A stretch of 64,000 nt of DNA from an uncultured Actinomycetes bacterium (GTDB taxonomy: Bacteria > Actinomycetota > Thermoleophilia > UBA2241): positions 390,418-454,417 of the forward strand of contig CAVPVX010000001.1 of the NCBI GenBank assembly GCA_963709345.1. Direction: 5' to 3'. Both the position numbers and the translations under genes were made by a program. Of this stretch, positions 34,656-43,648 are shown one piece after another (position 1 is the stretch's first letter; each line of letters starts with the position of its first letter). Below the pieces are notes generated by a model, which saw nothing but the letters and a program-made list of their open reading frames with translations, was not told where the DNA came from and ran no database searches.

Positions 34656-35768
34656 TCAGCCGCTGAGGCGGATGGGCATGATGAGGTACACGAAGCCCTC
34701 GGTCGCACCGCTGATCAGGCCGGGTCGCAGGGGGCTGGTGAAGCGCAACCTCACGTCGTCGTCGTCGATGGCGTCGATGCCCTCGATGAGGTACGCGGGG
34801 TTGAACCCGATCTCGAACGGCTCGCCGGCGAACGCGATGTCGAGCGACTCCTCGGCTTGGCCGACATCCTGCGTGAGCGCCTTCATGGTGAGCCGGTTCT
34901 CAGCGAACGCCATGCGGATCGGCGCGTTCTTCTGGGCCAGCAGGCTGACGCGTCTGGCCGTCGCCATGAGCGCCCCCCGAGCTATCGTGACTTCGTGGTC
35001 GAAGCTCTCGGGGAGGAGTTGCTTGTAGTTCGGGAACTGGCCGTCGATGAGCCGCGATGCGACCCACACGTCCCCGGCCGGGTCACTGAGCTTGAACAGC
35101 GCCTGGTTCTCGCTGATCGCGACCTGAAGATCCCCGGGCCCCATGGCGGAGGCGAGCCGGGAGACCTCGCCGAGCGCCTTCACGGGGACTATGGCCTGGA
35201 CCTCCGACTCGAGGCTTCGGTCCAGCGTCGTCTCCTTGACTGCGAGACGATAGCTGTCGGTGGCGACCATCTTGAGCGTGTCGCCGAAGATGGTCATGAG
35301 GACGCCGGTGAGGATCGGCCGCGTCTCGTCCCGGGACGCGGCCCTGCCGACCTTGGCGAGCGTCTCGACGAAGGGCTCACGACCGACGGCGAATCCACCT
35401 TCCATGTCGAAGGTCGACGTCTGCGGGAAGTCGGCGGCCGACCACGCGTTGAGCGAGAAGTCGGCGCGCCCGGCGCTGATCTTGACCGCTGCCTCGCCGG
35501 CCTCGACCACGACCTCCTCGTCGGGGAGATTGCGTACGATGTCGCTGAACAGCCTGGCGGGCACGACGATCTCGCCCTCGACTTCGATCGGGGTCGCGAG
35601 GTTGGCTTTGATCGAGAGTTCCATGTCGGTGGCATAGAGATCGAGGCGGCCGTCGCTCGCCTGCAGCAGGATGCCGGACAGCACGGGGAGGGCGCTGCGC
35701 GTGGAGACCCCGCGCGCGAGAACGCCGAGTTTGTCGACCAGCGCGGAGCGATCACACGTGAACTTCAT
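34656..35768 (-). CDS. dnaN: DNA polymerase III beta sliding clamp
   Basis: LPVLSGI, ATDMEL, ETRPILTG, ATDSYRL, GQFPNY, GFNPAYL and LIMPIRL. Confidence 0.97.
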   Translation of the reverse strand: MKFTCDRSALVDKLGVLARGVSTRSALPVLSGILLQASDGRLDLYATDMELSIKANLATPIEVEGEIVVPARLFSDIVRNLPDEEVVVEAGEAAVKISAGRADFSLNAWSAADFPQTSTFDMEGGFAVGREPFVETLAKVGRAASRDETRPILTGVLMTIFGDTLKMVATDSYRLAVKETTLDRSLESEVQAIVPVKALGEVSRLASAMGPGDLQVAISENQALFKLSDPAGDVWVASRLIDGQFPNYKQLLPESFDHEVTIARGALMATARRVSLLAQKNAPIRMAFAENRLTMKALTQDVGQAEESLDIAFAGEPFEIGFNPAYLIEGIDAIDDDDVRLRFTSPLRPGLISGATEGFVYLIMPIRLSG

Positions 35769-35784
35769 CCCGACTCCTTATGAC

Positions 35785-36025
35785 AAGAAAGAGAAGTAGT
35801 TACCCCTCGCCGTCATCATAGGATCTGTGATGATGTGGAGAGTGGCGCTTGTCGCTGCACGACAGGAACGACGGACTCTGCGCGAAGGTGTGGACAGTGT
35901 GTGCAGAACGCGACGCTCCTTCCGCGCTGACATGTGCTTGCCCGCGAAGCATAGCGGATTTCGCGGTGGTGAGGGGGATCGTCCACAGGTCCGGAGGGTG
36001 TCGTCCACAGGGGATGTGGAGAGCC
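35785..36025. promoter_or_regulatory. oriC part 1 (dnaA-dnaN intergenic): DnaA boxes and probable unwinding element
   Basis: Boxes TGTGGAGAG 35834 and 36015, TGTGGACAG 35889, TCGTCCACA 35979 and 36001; minus-strand CTCTCCACA-TCATCACA-GATCC-TAT GAT GAC resembles the box-box-trio arrangement. Confidence 0.85.
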
Positions 36026-36035
36026 GGCCGGAACG

Positions 36036-37486
36036 TCAGTGCAAGGTCTTGAGGCGCGCGCCTATAAGGGAAACGAGGTCTTGAAGCTGTGTGTCGTGGC
36101 CATCCTTCAGCTGACGCTCGATCTTGTCGACGCCGTTCATCACAGTGGTGTGGTGGCGGCCGCCGAAGCGGGCGCCGATCTGCGGCAACGACGCCTCGGT
36201 GAGGTTGCGAGAAAGATACATGGCGATGTGACGTGCATAGGCGACGTCCTGGGTGCGGCGGTTGCCGCGCAGGTCGTTCACGTGAAAGCCGAACTGCCGG
36301 GCGACCTCCGCCTGCACCATCTCGATGGTCACCGGGTGCTGGTAGGCCTTGGGAAGGATGTCCTTCAAGGCCTCCTTCGTGATCTCGAGCGTGACGTCCG
36401 TGCCGCGGATCGAGGCGAAACTGATGGCGCGGGTCAAGGCGCCGTAGAGCTCCCGGATGTTGCTGGTGACTCGCTGGGCGATCCACTCGAGGACTTCGGG
36501 CTCGGCGATCTTGAAGCCATCCCACTTGACCTGCTTGCGCAGGATGGCGATGCGGGTCTCGAGGTCGGGACGGCTGATGTCGACCACCACACCCTGGCCG
36601 AAGCGCGAGCGCAGACGCTCCTCGAGCTCCTCGAGCTCGCGCGGCGGCCGGTCGCTGGTGATCACGATCTGCTTGCCGGCCTCGTACAGGGCGTTGAACG
36701 TGTGGAAGAACTCGACCTGCGTCTGCTGTTTCTCGACGAGGAACTGGACGTCGTCGATCAGCAGGACGTCGTTGTCCCGATAGGCCTGCTTGAAGCCGTC
36801 GATGCGGCCCTTGTCGGTGACGGCGGTGATGAAGTCGTCGGTGAAGCGTTCCACGGTCGTGTATTTGACCTGCAGGTCGGGGTGCTGCGCGAGCGTGGCG
36901 TGGGCGATCGCCTGGATGAGGTGTGTCTTGCCGAGCCCGGTGTCGGCGTACATGAACACCGGGTTGTAGGCGGTAGCCGGCGAATCGGCCACGCTGTGCG
37001 CGACAGCTGACGCATACTCGTTGTGGGGGCCGGTCACGAAGCGCTCGAAGACGTAGCGAGGGTTGAGCTCGCCGGCGGCCTGGGCGGCGCGGGCGGCGTT
37101 CTTGACGCGGCGCCGCTTGGCCGGAGCCGGCGCCGGTTGAACTGGCTCGTCGGCGCCGTGACCGGCGGCGACCGCCGTGTCGTTGCTCTGCGCGGTGGGT
37201 TCGGCCATGGGGATGTTCGCGGCGCGCTCGTCTACCACGACGCGCACGTCGACCGTGTCTCCGAGGACCTCGCCGAGCGCTTCGGCGACCTGACTCGCCA
37301 GACGACGCTCTATCCACTCGCGAGCGAAGTCGTTGGGCACGCCGATCACGAAGGCGCCATCGTCGAGCCCGATCGGCACGGTGCGATCGAACCAGAACTG
37401 GAAGGCCGCTTCGTTGATGCGCCCGCGAAGGTGCTTCTTCGCCTCGTCCCAGATGAGTATCAGCTGGTCGTCCGTCGGTGCCCCAT
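36036..37486 (-). CDS. dnaA: Chromosomal replication initiator DnaA (start uncertain; nearest ATG at 37486 is one base out of frame)
   Basis: LNPRYVFERFV, YNP, TGLGKTHL, LLIDDVQF, RLRSRF, NIREL and GGRHHTTV; domain I (IWDEAK...WFDRT) extends upstream of the ORF-track start. Confidence 0.95.
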
Positions 37487-37538
37487 CAGCCGGTCCCCGG
37501 GGATGCGGCGGCCCACCGGGGAAGCTTGAAAACGTCGG

Positions 37539-38402
37539 TCAGAGGATGCTCTCGAGGAGGCGAAGCCCCTCTTCGCGCAAGGCTCGCTTGCCGTCGCCCA
37601 GCGAGTGTATCAACCCCATGTCCTGCAGTACAACGAGCTCTCTGAACACCGTCGCCGGCGAGAAGCCCAGCTCCCTCGCGATGGCCGTCGGGCCGGCGGA
37701 ACCGAGCTCCATCAGCAGCACGAGGACCTTCGTCTGACGGGTCGTGAGCCTCACCGCGGGAGTCTCTGCGGCCGGCGCTTCTCCCTCCCCGGCCGACGGC
37801 ATCTTGATGGTGAAGACAGCGCCGCCGCCGAGGTTGTCCTCGACGGTCAGGATGCCGCGCAGGAACTGGAGCGACTCGCGCGCCAGCGGGAGCCCGGAGC
37901 CCACCCCCCGGATGATCTGTCGCTGGTACGCGGTCGCGGTGGTGAAGCCGGGCTGGAAGGCACGGTCCTTGTCGTCAACTCCGGGCCCGTGGTCGGAGAT
38001 GCGGATCGTCTGGCCGTTGTCGAGGATCGTGATTACGACATCTCGGAAGTAGGCGTGCAAGAGGTTCTCGATGAGCTCCTGGATGACCGAGTAAGGCACC
38101 TGGCCACCCTGCTGGCGGCAGTGGTGATAGGTCTTCTCCGCCAGCGACGCCACGAGTGCGGGCAGGTCGGACTCCTCGACGGCGATCACCCTCGGCGGGC
38201 TCGTGAGTGTGTCGTAGATGGCAATACGGGGCGCCTCGAGACCGAGGGGAGCATCGGGAAGCGGGCCGTCGGGTCCGGCGGCGCCACTCTCCGGCGCGGA
38301 GGGCTCGCCGGCTCTCTTCATCGCGCGATCGGCAGCACGCAGCGCGGGCTGCCGGGGGGCGGCCCCCTCGTCGGCGAGCAGCCTGTCCAGGAACGTCTCC
38401 AT
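37539..38402 (-). CDS. GHKL (HATPase_c) ATP-binding protein with C-terminal winged HTH
   Basis: ELIENLLHA N-box, SDHGPG G1, AFQPGFTT F-box, RGVGSGL G2; PTAIARELGFSPATVFREL HTH. Confidence 0.8.
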   Translation of the reverse strand: METFLDRLLADEGAAPRQPALRAADRAMKRAGEPSAPESGAAGPDGPLPDAPLGLEAPRIAIYDTLTSPPRVIAVEESDLPALVASLAEKTYHHCRQQGGQVPYSVIQELIENLLHAYFRDVVITILDNGQTIRISDHGPGVDDKDRAFQPGFTTATAYQRQIIRGVGSGLPLARESLQFLRGILTVEDNLGGGAVFTIKMPSAGEGEAPAAETPAVRLTTRQTKVLVLLMELGSAGPTAIARELGFSPATVFRELVVLQDMGLIHSLGDGKRALREEGLRLLESIL

Positions 38403-38489
38403 GGGGGCGCTGAGTATAGCAGAGCGCGCCGTGTGCTCCGAAACGCACCATGATGGGTGACGAAACGTCGTTTTGCAGGCGAAAGGCCG

Positions 38490-38820
38490 AAGTTGTCCAC
38501 AGGGTGTTCAAGATATGTGGAAAGAGCCTTGCCCGAATCGCCCGGACGTGCCCAATTTGCGGCACTTGTGGAAACCGAGGTTTCAGGCCGGTGGTCGCCT
38601 CCGTCGCCCTGCAGCGTCGGTCGTGTCCACGCGTGACACGCTGACCGGCGATGAGCCGGCGGTCATCGAGCGGTATGAAATCCCTGCTAAACGGCACTAT
38701 ATGGTTGTGAGTGAATAGCTAGCGTCGTGTCAAGGAAACCTGCATTCGTCAACGCCTTATCCACGGCAATCGTGAGCCTGAGAGCGAGCGAAAAGGTAGT
38801 TATCCACATTCTCCACAGCT
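38490..38820. promoter_or_regulatory. oriC part 2: DnaA-box cluster
   Basis: TTGTCCACA 38493, TGTGGAAAG 38516, TTATCCACG 38757, tandem TTATCCACA 38800 and TTCTCCACA 38809; locally AT-richer. Confidence 0.85.
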
Positions 38821-38892
38821 GTCTGTGAATGATGCCTGGTCGGCCTGAAACAACAGCTGGCCCGGGAAGTCCCGCTCCGGTAGACTCATGGC

Positions 38893-39013
38893 GTCCTGCG
38901 GAGCTCCTGTGTGAGGAGCTGAGATGGCGCTTCCTAGCGCCGACGCGTCGAACCTGACCGCCCTGCGGGGCGGCGGCGCCCATCGGCGCCGCTGGGTAAT
39001 GCCAGCGAAGGGA
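38893..39013 (+). ncRNA. TPP riboswitch (variant with a 34-nt insertion)
   Basis: GGAGCTGAGA, GAACCTGA and CTGGGTAATGCCAGCGAAGGGA consensus blocks directly upstream of thiT. Confidence 0.85.
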
Positions 39014-39024
39014 GAGATACATCG

Positions 39025-39666
39025 ATGAGCACACCAGTGGTACAACCACCTGATGGCACGTACGACGTGCGCTCTCGGCTCAATCTCGATCCGGCCCACT
39101 GGGGGGTGCGCGCCGTGGCCGAGATCGGAGTTGCCGTCGCGCTCGCCGCCGCGCTCAACTGGATCGCTCAGGCCTTCCCGTTGCGCATGCCACAGGGGGG
39201 CTCCTTCGGGCTCGAGATGCTGCCGATCTTGTTCGTCGCACTCCGGCGCGGGGTCGTGCCGGGTATGGTCGCGGGGGCGTTGTTCGGCCTGCTGCAGCTC
39301 ACGGGCGCGGCCGGAGTGCCGTTCATCTTCCATCCCGTGCAGGCGCTGCTCGACTACCCGCTTGCCTTTGCCGCTCTGGGGCTGGCCGGCCTGGTGCCGA
39401 GCGGCTCGCCGACGGGCGCTCGCGGCGTCACCCGGCTCGTCGCTGCCGTTGCGCTCGGTACCGGCGCGCGCCTTGGCTTCCACTTCCTGTCCGGGCTCGT
39501 CTTCTTCGCGGAGTACGCTCCCGCGTGGGAGGCCCCGTGGCTCTACGCCATCACCTACAACCTCCTGTATCTGCTGCCCTCCGCCGTGGTGACCGCGATC
39601 GTGCTGTGGCCGCTGCTGCGGGCGTACGACGCCGCCTTCCCCGCAGACCGCCGGTCGGCGGTGTGA
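39025..39666 (+). CDS. thiT: ECF-type thiamine transporter S component ThiT
   Basis: MPQGGS, HPVQALLDYPLAF and HFLSGLVFFAEYAP; preceded by the TPP riboswitch. Confidence 0.9.
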   Translation: MSTPVVQPPDGTYDVRSRLNLDPAHWGVRAVAEIGVAVALAAALNWIAQAFPLRMPQGGSFGLEMLPILFVALRRGVVPGMVAGALFGLLQLTGAAGVPFIFHPVQALLDYPLAFAALGLAGLVPSGSPTGARGVTRLVAAVALGTGARLGFHFLSGLVFFAEYAPAWEAPWLYAITYNLLYLLPSAVVTAIVLWPLLRAYDAAFPADRRSAV

Positions 39667-40364
39667 GCGGCGTGCGGGACGAGACGCTCGCCGTCGTGTT
39701 TCTCGATGGCGAGTACGGTGATCCCGGCTCCTACCGGGTGTGGATAGAGGAGGCAGGGATCCTGCTGGCCGCCGATGGCGGCGCGCGCTTCTTGCTCGAC
39801 ATGGGCGCGCTTCCGCACGCGGTCGTGGGCGACTTCGACTCTCTGGGCTCCGCGGACGAGGAGCGTCTCCGAGCCGCAGGGGTGGAGCTGAAGCGGCACC
39901 CCGTGCGCAAGGACGCGACCGACGGGGAGCTGGCCGTGGATGAAGCGCTGCGCCGTGGAGCGAGCGAGATCTTGCTCGCCGGCGGCACCGGGGCCCTCGA
40001 TCACACGCTCGGCCACCTCGCGATCTTGCGGCGTCTCGCCGAGCGCGGCGTTACCGCGCGCCTCATGGCGCCGCGCCTCAGCGTGCGCGTGTTCTGCGCC
40101 CCGGCGACCGTGACGCTGGGCGCCCCGCCCGGCACTCGTGTCTCTTTGGTCCCACTGGGCGGCAATGGCGTCGTCAGCCTTGCGGGGCTCGACTATCCTC
40201 TCGACCACGGAGTCCTGCCGGCTGCGGCGTGTCTCGGCCTCGGCAATCATGTGGCGGCGCACTCGGGTGCACGGATCGTCGTGCATGAAGGGGTCGTGGC
40301 AGTGCTCGTGGAGTCCGGCGACGAGCGTTTCACCGATTCCCGTACCGCACGGGCGGCGCCCTGA
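39663..40364 (+). CDS. thiN: Thiamine diphosphokinase
   Basis: AADGGA, VGDFDS, KDATDGELA, DHTLG, GLDYPL and GLGN. Confidence 0.9.
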   Translation: MSGVRDETLAVVFLDGEYGDPGSYRVWIEEAGILLAADGGARFLLDMGALPHAVVGDFDSLGSADEERLRAAGVELKRHPVRKDATDGELAVDEALRRGASEILLAGGTGALDHTLGHLAILRRLAERGVTARLMAPRLSVRVFCAPATVTLGAPPGTRVSLVPLGGNGVVSLAGLDYPLDHGVLPAAACLGLGNHVAAHSGARIVVHEGVVAVLVESGDERFTDSRTARAAP

Positions 40365-40756
40365 TGGCTCCCCGGCGTGGCTGGCGAGTCGCCGCCGCCG
40401 GCTGGGCACTGCTCATCGTGCTCAGCGGCGTGCTGCCGACGCAGGGCGCGGTGCACGCCGTGTCGGGCGGTCGCGACTCAATGGTGACCACCGTCGGGCA
40501 CATCGTCGCGTACGTGGTGCTCGGGTTCCTGCTGCCCGTTGCCCTCGGCGGCTGGGAGGCGCGCGCGCCGGTGCTGGTCGTGGCCTTCGTGCTGGCATCG
40601 GGACTGGGCATCGCGGTGGAGGCGGTCCAGGAGCGGCTGCCCTACCGGGACGCGCAGGGGGCCGATGCGCTCGGCGACATCGCCGGCGCGGCCCTGGGGC
40701 TGCTCGTCTTCAGCGGTGTGGCGTGGGCGCGGCGATCACGAGCGCGTCGCGTATGA
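40364..40756 (+). CDS. VanZ-family membrane protein
   Basis: GHIVAY, EAVQERLPYRD and D..GDIAGAALG. Confidence 0.8.
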   Translation: MAPRRGWRVAAAGWALLIVLSGVLPTQGAVHAVSGGRDSMVTTVGHIVAYVVLGFLLPVALGGWEARAPVLVVAFVLASGLGIAVEAVQERLPYRDAQGADALGDIAGAALGLLVFSGVAWARRSRARRV

Positions 40757-40916
40757 TGCTGGCCGCGACATCCTCCGCCGGCACGTCGTACCCGCGCACG
40801 GCCACCAACCCCTTGAGGGCGTGCAGTCGACGCTTTCGGGAACCGGTCGTATCGCGATCGGCGCGACTCTCGGTCTGTTGCCTGCTCACCGGGCCCTCCT
40901 CGGCAGCCTCTCTCAT
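40710..40916 (-). CDS. Small protein resembling the FlgM-type anti-sigma C-terminal domain
   Basis: RLHALKGLVAVRGYDVPAEDVAASII resembles the FlgM pattern RV.ELK..I..G.Y.VD...VA..I. Confidence 0.45.
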   Translation of the reverse strand: MREAAEEGPVSRQQTESRADRDTTGSRKRRLHALKGLVAVRGYDVPAEDVAASIIRDALVIAAPTPHR

Positions 40917-40993
40917 GGCAGAGAATCGGGCGGCGGAGGCGCGGAGTTTACTAAGATGCGTAAGCAGATGAGACTGCACTCAGGGGGACCACA

Positions 40994-42235
40994 GTGATCA
41001 GTATCCACGAAGCTCTGGACAACGTCCTTGCCGCCGTGCGCCCGCTGGGCGTCGAAGAGGTCTCCATTCTCGACGCTCTGGGGCGGGTCGCGGCGACCGA
41101 GATCGTCTCACCCGAGCAGGTCCCGTCGTTCGCCAACTCGGCCATGGATGGATTCGCCGTCGTGGGGGCGGATCTCGCCGCCGGCCGCCGCGACCTCCTC
41201 GTCACCATGGACATCCCCGCCGGCCGCTACGTCGACGAGCCGGTCCGGGCGGGCGAGGCGGCGCGGATCATGACCGGCGCGCCGCTGCCTCCCGGCGCCG
41301 ACACGGTCGTCCAGGTCGAACACACGACCACCGAAGGCGACCGGGTCACCATCGGGCCTGCTCCGCCCGTCGGCGCGAACGTGCGCCGGGCGGGCGAGGA
41401 CGTCAGCGCGGGCGACCTCCTTTTCGCGCCTGGGGCGCACCTGGGCCCGGCGGAAGTGGGCTTGCTCGCCGCGGTCGGCATCCAGCGCATCCGGGTGATC
41501 CGTCGCCCGCGTGTCGCGATCCTCGCCACCGGGAGCGAGCTCGTCCCCCCGGGCGTGCCCCTGGCCCCGGGGCAGATACGCAACTCCAACTCCTTCACGG
41601 CCTACGGGCAGACGCTGGCCGCCGGCGGACAGCCCGTGCCTCTCGATATCGCTCGTGACGATGTCGACGAGACGCGGCGTCTCCTCCGCGCGGCGCTGGA
41701 GCACGACGTGGTCGTGACCTCGGGTGGTGTGTCGGTCGGCGACTACGACTTCGTGAAGCAGGTGCAGGACGAGCTCGGCGTCGAGCGGCGCTTCTGGGGC
41801 GTCGCCACCAAGCCGGGCAAGCCCCTCGCCTTCGGAGTCCTTGGGGACACGCTCGTCTTCGGCGTGCCCGGGAACCCGGTGGCTTCCATGGTGAGCTTCG
41901 AGATGTACGTTCGGCCGGCGCTGCTCGCGCTCCAGGGCCGGCCGGACGTCTATCGTCCGTATTGCTTCGCCGCGGCCGACGAGCCGGTGGCGCGCACCAA
42001 GGATCGTACCGAGGCTCGCCGGTGCCGGCTCGTCCACCACGACCGCGTGTGGGGGTTCACGACGACCGGACCGCAAGGGTCGGGCATCCTGAGCTCGATG
42101 GCGGGCGCCGACGGGTTCGCCTTCGTGCCCGCGGGATTCCCCGGCGGCGAGCCGGGGACGGAGCTCATGGTCATGCTGCTCGAGGGCAGCTCCGCGGAAC
42201 GGCCTCCATTCCCCGGGGCCGCTCCCGCGGGCTGA
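40994..42235 (+). CDS. moeA: Molybdopterin molybdenumtransferase MoeA
   Basis: NSAMDGFA, RIMTGAPLP, TGSEL, TSGGVSVGDYD, KPGKP, PGNP and QGSGILSS. Confidence 0.95.
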   Translation: MISIHEALDNVLAAVRPLGVEEVSILDALGRVAATEIVSPEQVPSFANSAMDGFAVVGADLAAGRRDLLVTMDIPAGRYVDEPVRAGEAARIMTGAPLPPGADTVVQVEHTTTEGDRVTIGPAPPVGANVRRAGEDVSAGDLLFAPGAHLGPAEVGLLAAVGIQRIRVIRRPRVAILATGSELVPPGVPLAPGQIRNSNSFTAYGQTLAAGGQPVPLDIARDDVDETRRLLRAALEHDVVVTSGGVSVGDYDFVKQVQDELGVERRFWGVATKPGKPLAFGVLGDTLVFGVPGNPVASMVSFEMYVRPALLALQGRPDVYRPYCFAAADEPVARTKDRTEARRCRLVHHDRVWGFTTTGPQGSGILSSMAGADGFAFVPAGFPGGEPGTELMVMLLEGSSAERPPFPGAAPAG

Positions 42236-42242
42236 GTGCCGC

Positions 42243-43001
42243 TCAGGGAGCCTTCACGGAGCGGAGCGGCCGTGCTCTCTCCAGGGTCGCCCAGACGATC
42301 AGCCGGTGGCTGGCGCTGTAGGGCGGGTCACAGGTCGTGAGCACAAGGCCGTAGCCGCGGTCGCGCAGAACGCTGATGTCCGAGGGCGCCACGGTCGTCT
42401 TCTTGGCGACCGCGTACCGGAACCGTGCGTACGGCGTGTGGATGTAGATCAGGTCACCCTTCTCGAGCTTGTCCAGCTTGTTGAACGGCGCGCCGTACGT
42501 CGTGCGGTGCCCGGATACGGCGAACGGCTCGCCGGCCCCCGGCAGAGGCGTTACGGCATAGTGGACGGGGCCGCTGCGGAGGAGGTCCCTGTCGCCCTCC
42601 GGGTCGAGCGCCAGTCGGCCGCCGACGCCCTGCTGTACGAGGCGGTTGAGGCCGAGACTCGGGATGCGCAGCCGCCCGATGGGGTCGCCGGGCCGGAGTT
42701 CGCGGCCGAAGCGAACGGCCAGGCGCCGCACCAACTCCTCCTCAGGCACGTCGCGGGGGCGCGTGCCGGCGTTGGCCGTCACGCCCGCCACGAAGGCTGC
42801 GCTCTGCGTGCGGTAGGCCGAGTCGAGACGGGTCTGCTGCACCTGGGCGTAGGCGGCCGACCAGAAGGGGTAGGCGAGGATCAGCCCTCCGACGATGAGG
42901 AGCAGATCGCCGGCGAGGCGCGTCCAGCGGCGCCGGCGCGGGCCGGCGCGGGTCGGCGAGGGCGGCCGGCCGGTCTCGACATGCGCATCGTTGCGGCTCA
43001 T
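42243..43001 (-). CDS. Sortase (class E-like)
   Basis: N-terminal TM helix, SGHRTTYGAPF and LTTCDPPYSASHR catalytic motifs. Confidence 0.9.
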   Translation of the reverse strand: MSRNDAHVETGRPPSPTRAGPRRRRWTRLAGDLLLIVGGLILAYPFWSAAYAQVQQTRLDSAYRTQSAAFVAGVTANAGTRPRDVPEEELVRRLAVRFGRELRPGDPIGRLRIPSLGLNRLVQQGVGGRLALDPEGDRDLLRSGPVHYAVTPLPGAGEPFAVSGHRTTYGAPFNKLDKLEKGDLIYIHTPYARFRYAVAKKTTVAPSDISVLRDRGYGLVLTTCDPPYSASHRLIVWATLERARPLRSVKAP

Positions 43002-43074
43002 CAGAGGATGGTACCCGGCCTGCGGGAGGGTCACAACGTGCTAGACTGGCGCCCCTGATGAGGAGGCGCCGCCG

Positions 43075-43590
43075 GTGCGATCCTGTAGCGACGTCCACAA
43101 CCTCCTGCTTCAGGAGGGCGTGCCCCACGAGATCGTCCATCTCCCGTCCTCGTCGCGCACGGCCCGGTTGGCCGCCGAGGCTCTCGGCGTGAGCACGGCC
43201 GAGGTCGTGAAGTCGCTGGTCTTCCTGCTCGACGGCCGCCCCGTGCTGGTGCTCGTTCCCGGCGCCTCGACCGTTGACGCGGCGGTTCTGACACGAGAGC
43301 TCGGTGGAAGCGAGGCGACTCTGGCGAGTGCCGAGGAGGTGCTCCGCGTCACCGGGTACCGCCCCGGCGCGGTTCCGCCCTGCGGGCTCGATTCGAGCCT
43401 CGAAGTGGTAGCCGACCCGGGTGTCTTCGCGCCTGACGTCGTGTACTGTGGCGGCGGCACGACGACCACGATGCTCAAGATACGCAGCGCCGATCTCGAG
43501 GCGCTGCTCGAGCCCCGCAAGGCCCCCGTCGCGAAGCGTCGCCGAGGCGAAGGCGTCGCCGGGGCGCACGAGGGCCGAGCGCGAAGCTGA
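43075..43590 (+). CDS. YbaK/EbsC family aminoacyl-tRNA deacylase
   Basis: AAEALGV..VVKSL, TGYRPGAVPPCG and VYCGGG. Confidence 0.88.
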   Translation: MRSCSDVHNLLLQEGVPHEIVHLPSSSRTARLAAEALGVSTAEVVKSLVFLLDGRPVLVLVPGASTVDAAVLTRELGGSEATLASAEEVLRVTGYRPGAVPPCGLDSSLEVVADPGVFAPDVVYCGGGTTTTMLKIRSADLEALLEPRKAPVAKRRRGEGVAGAHEGRARS

Positions 43591-43648
43591 GACGCCACCG
43601 GCGCCGGACGGCGACGCGTACGACCCGCGGACGAAGTGGAGAAGGCGC

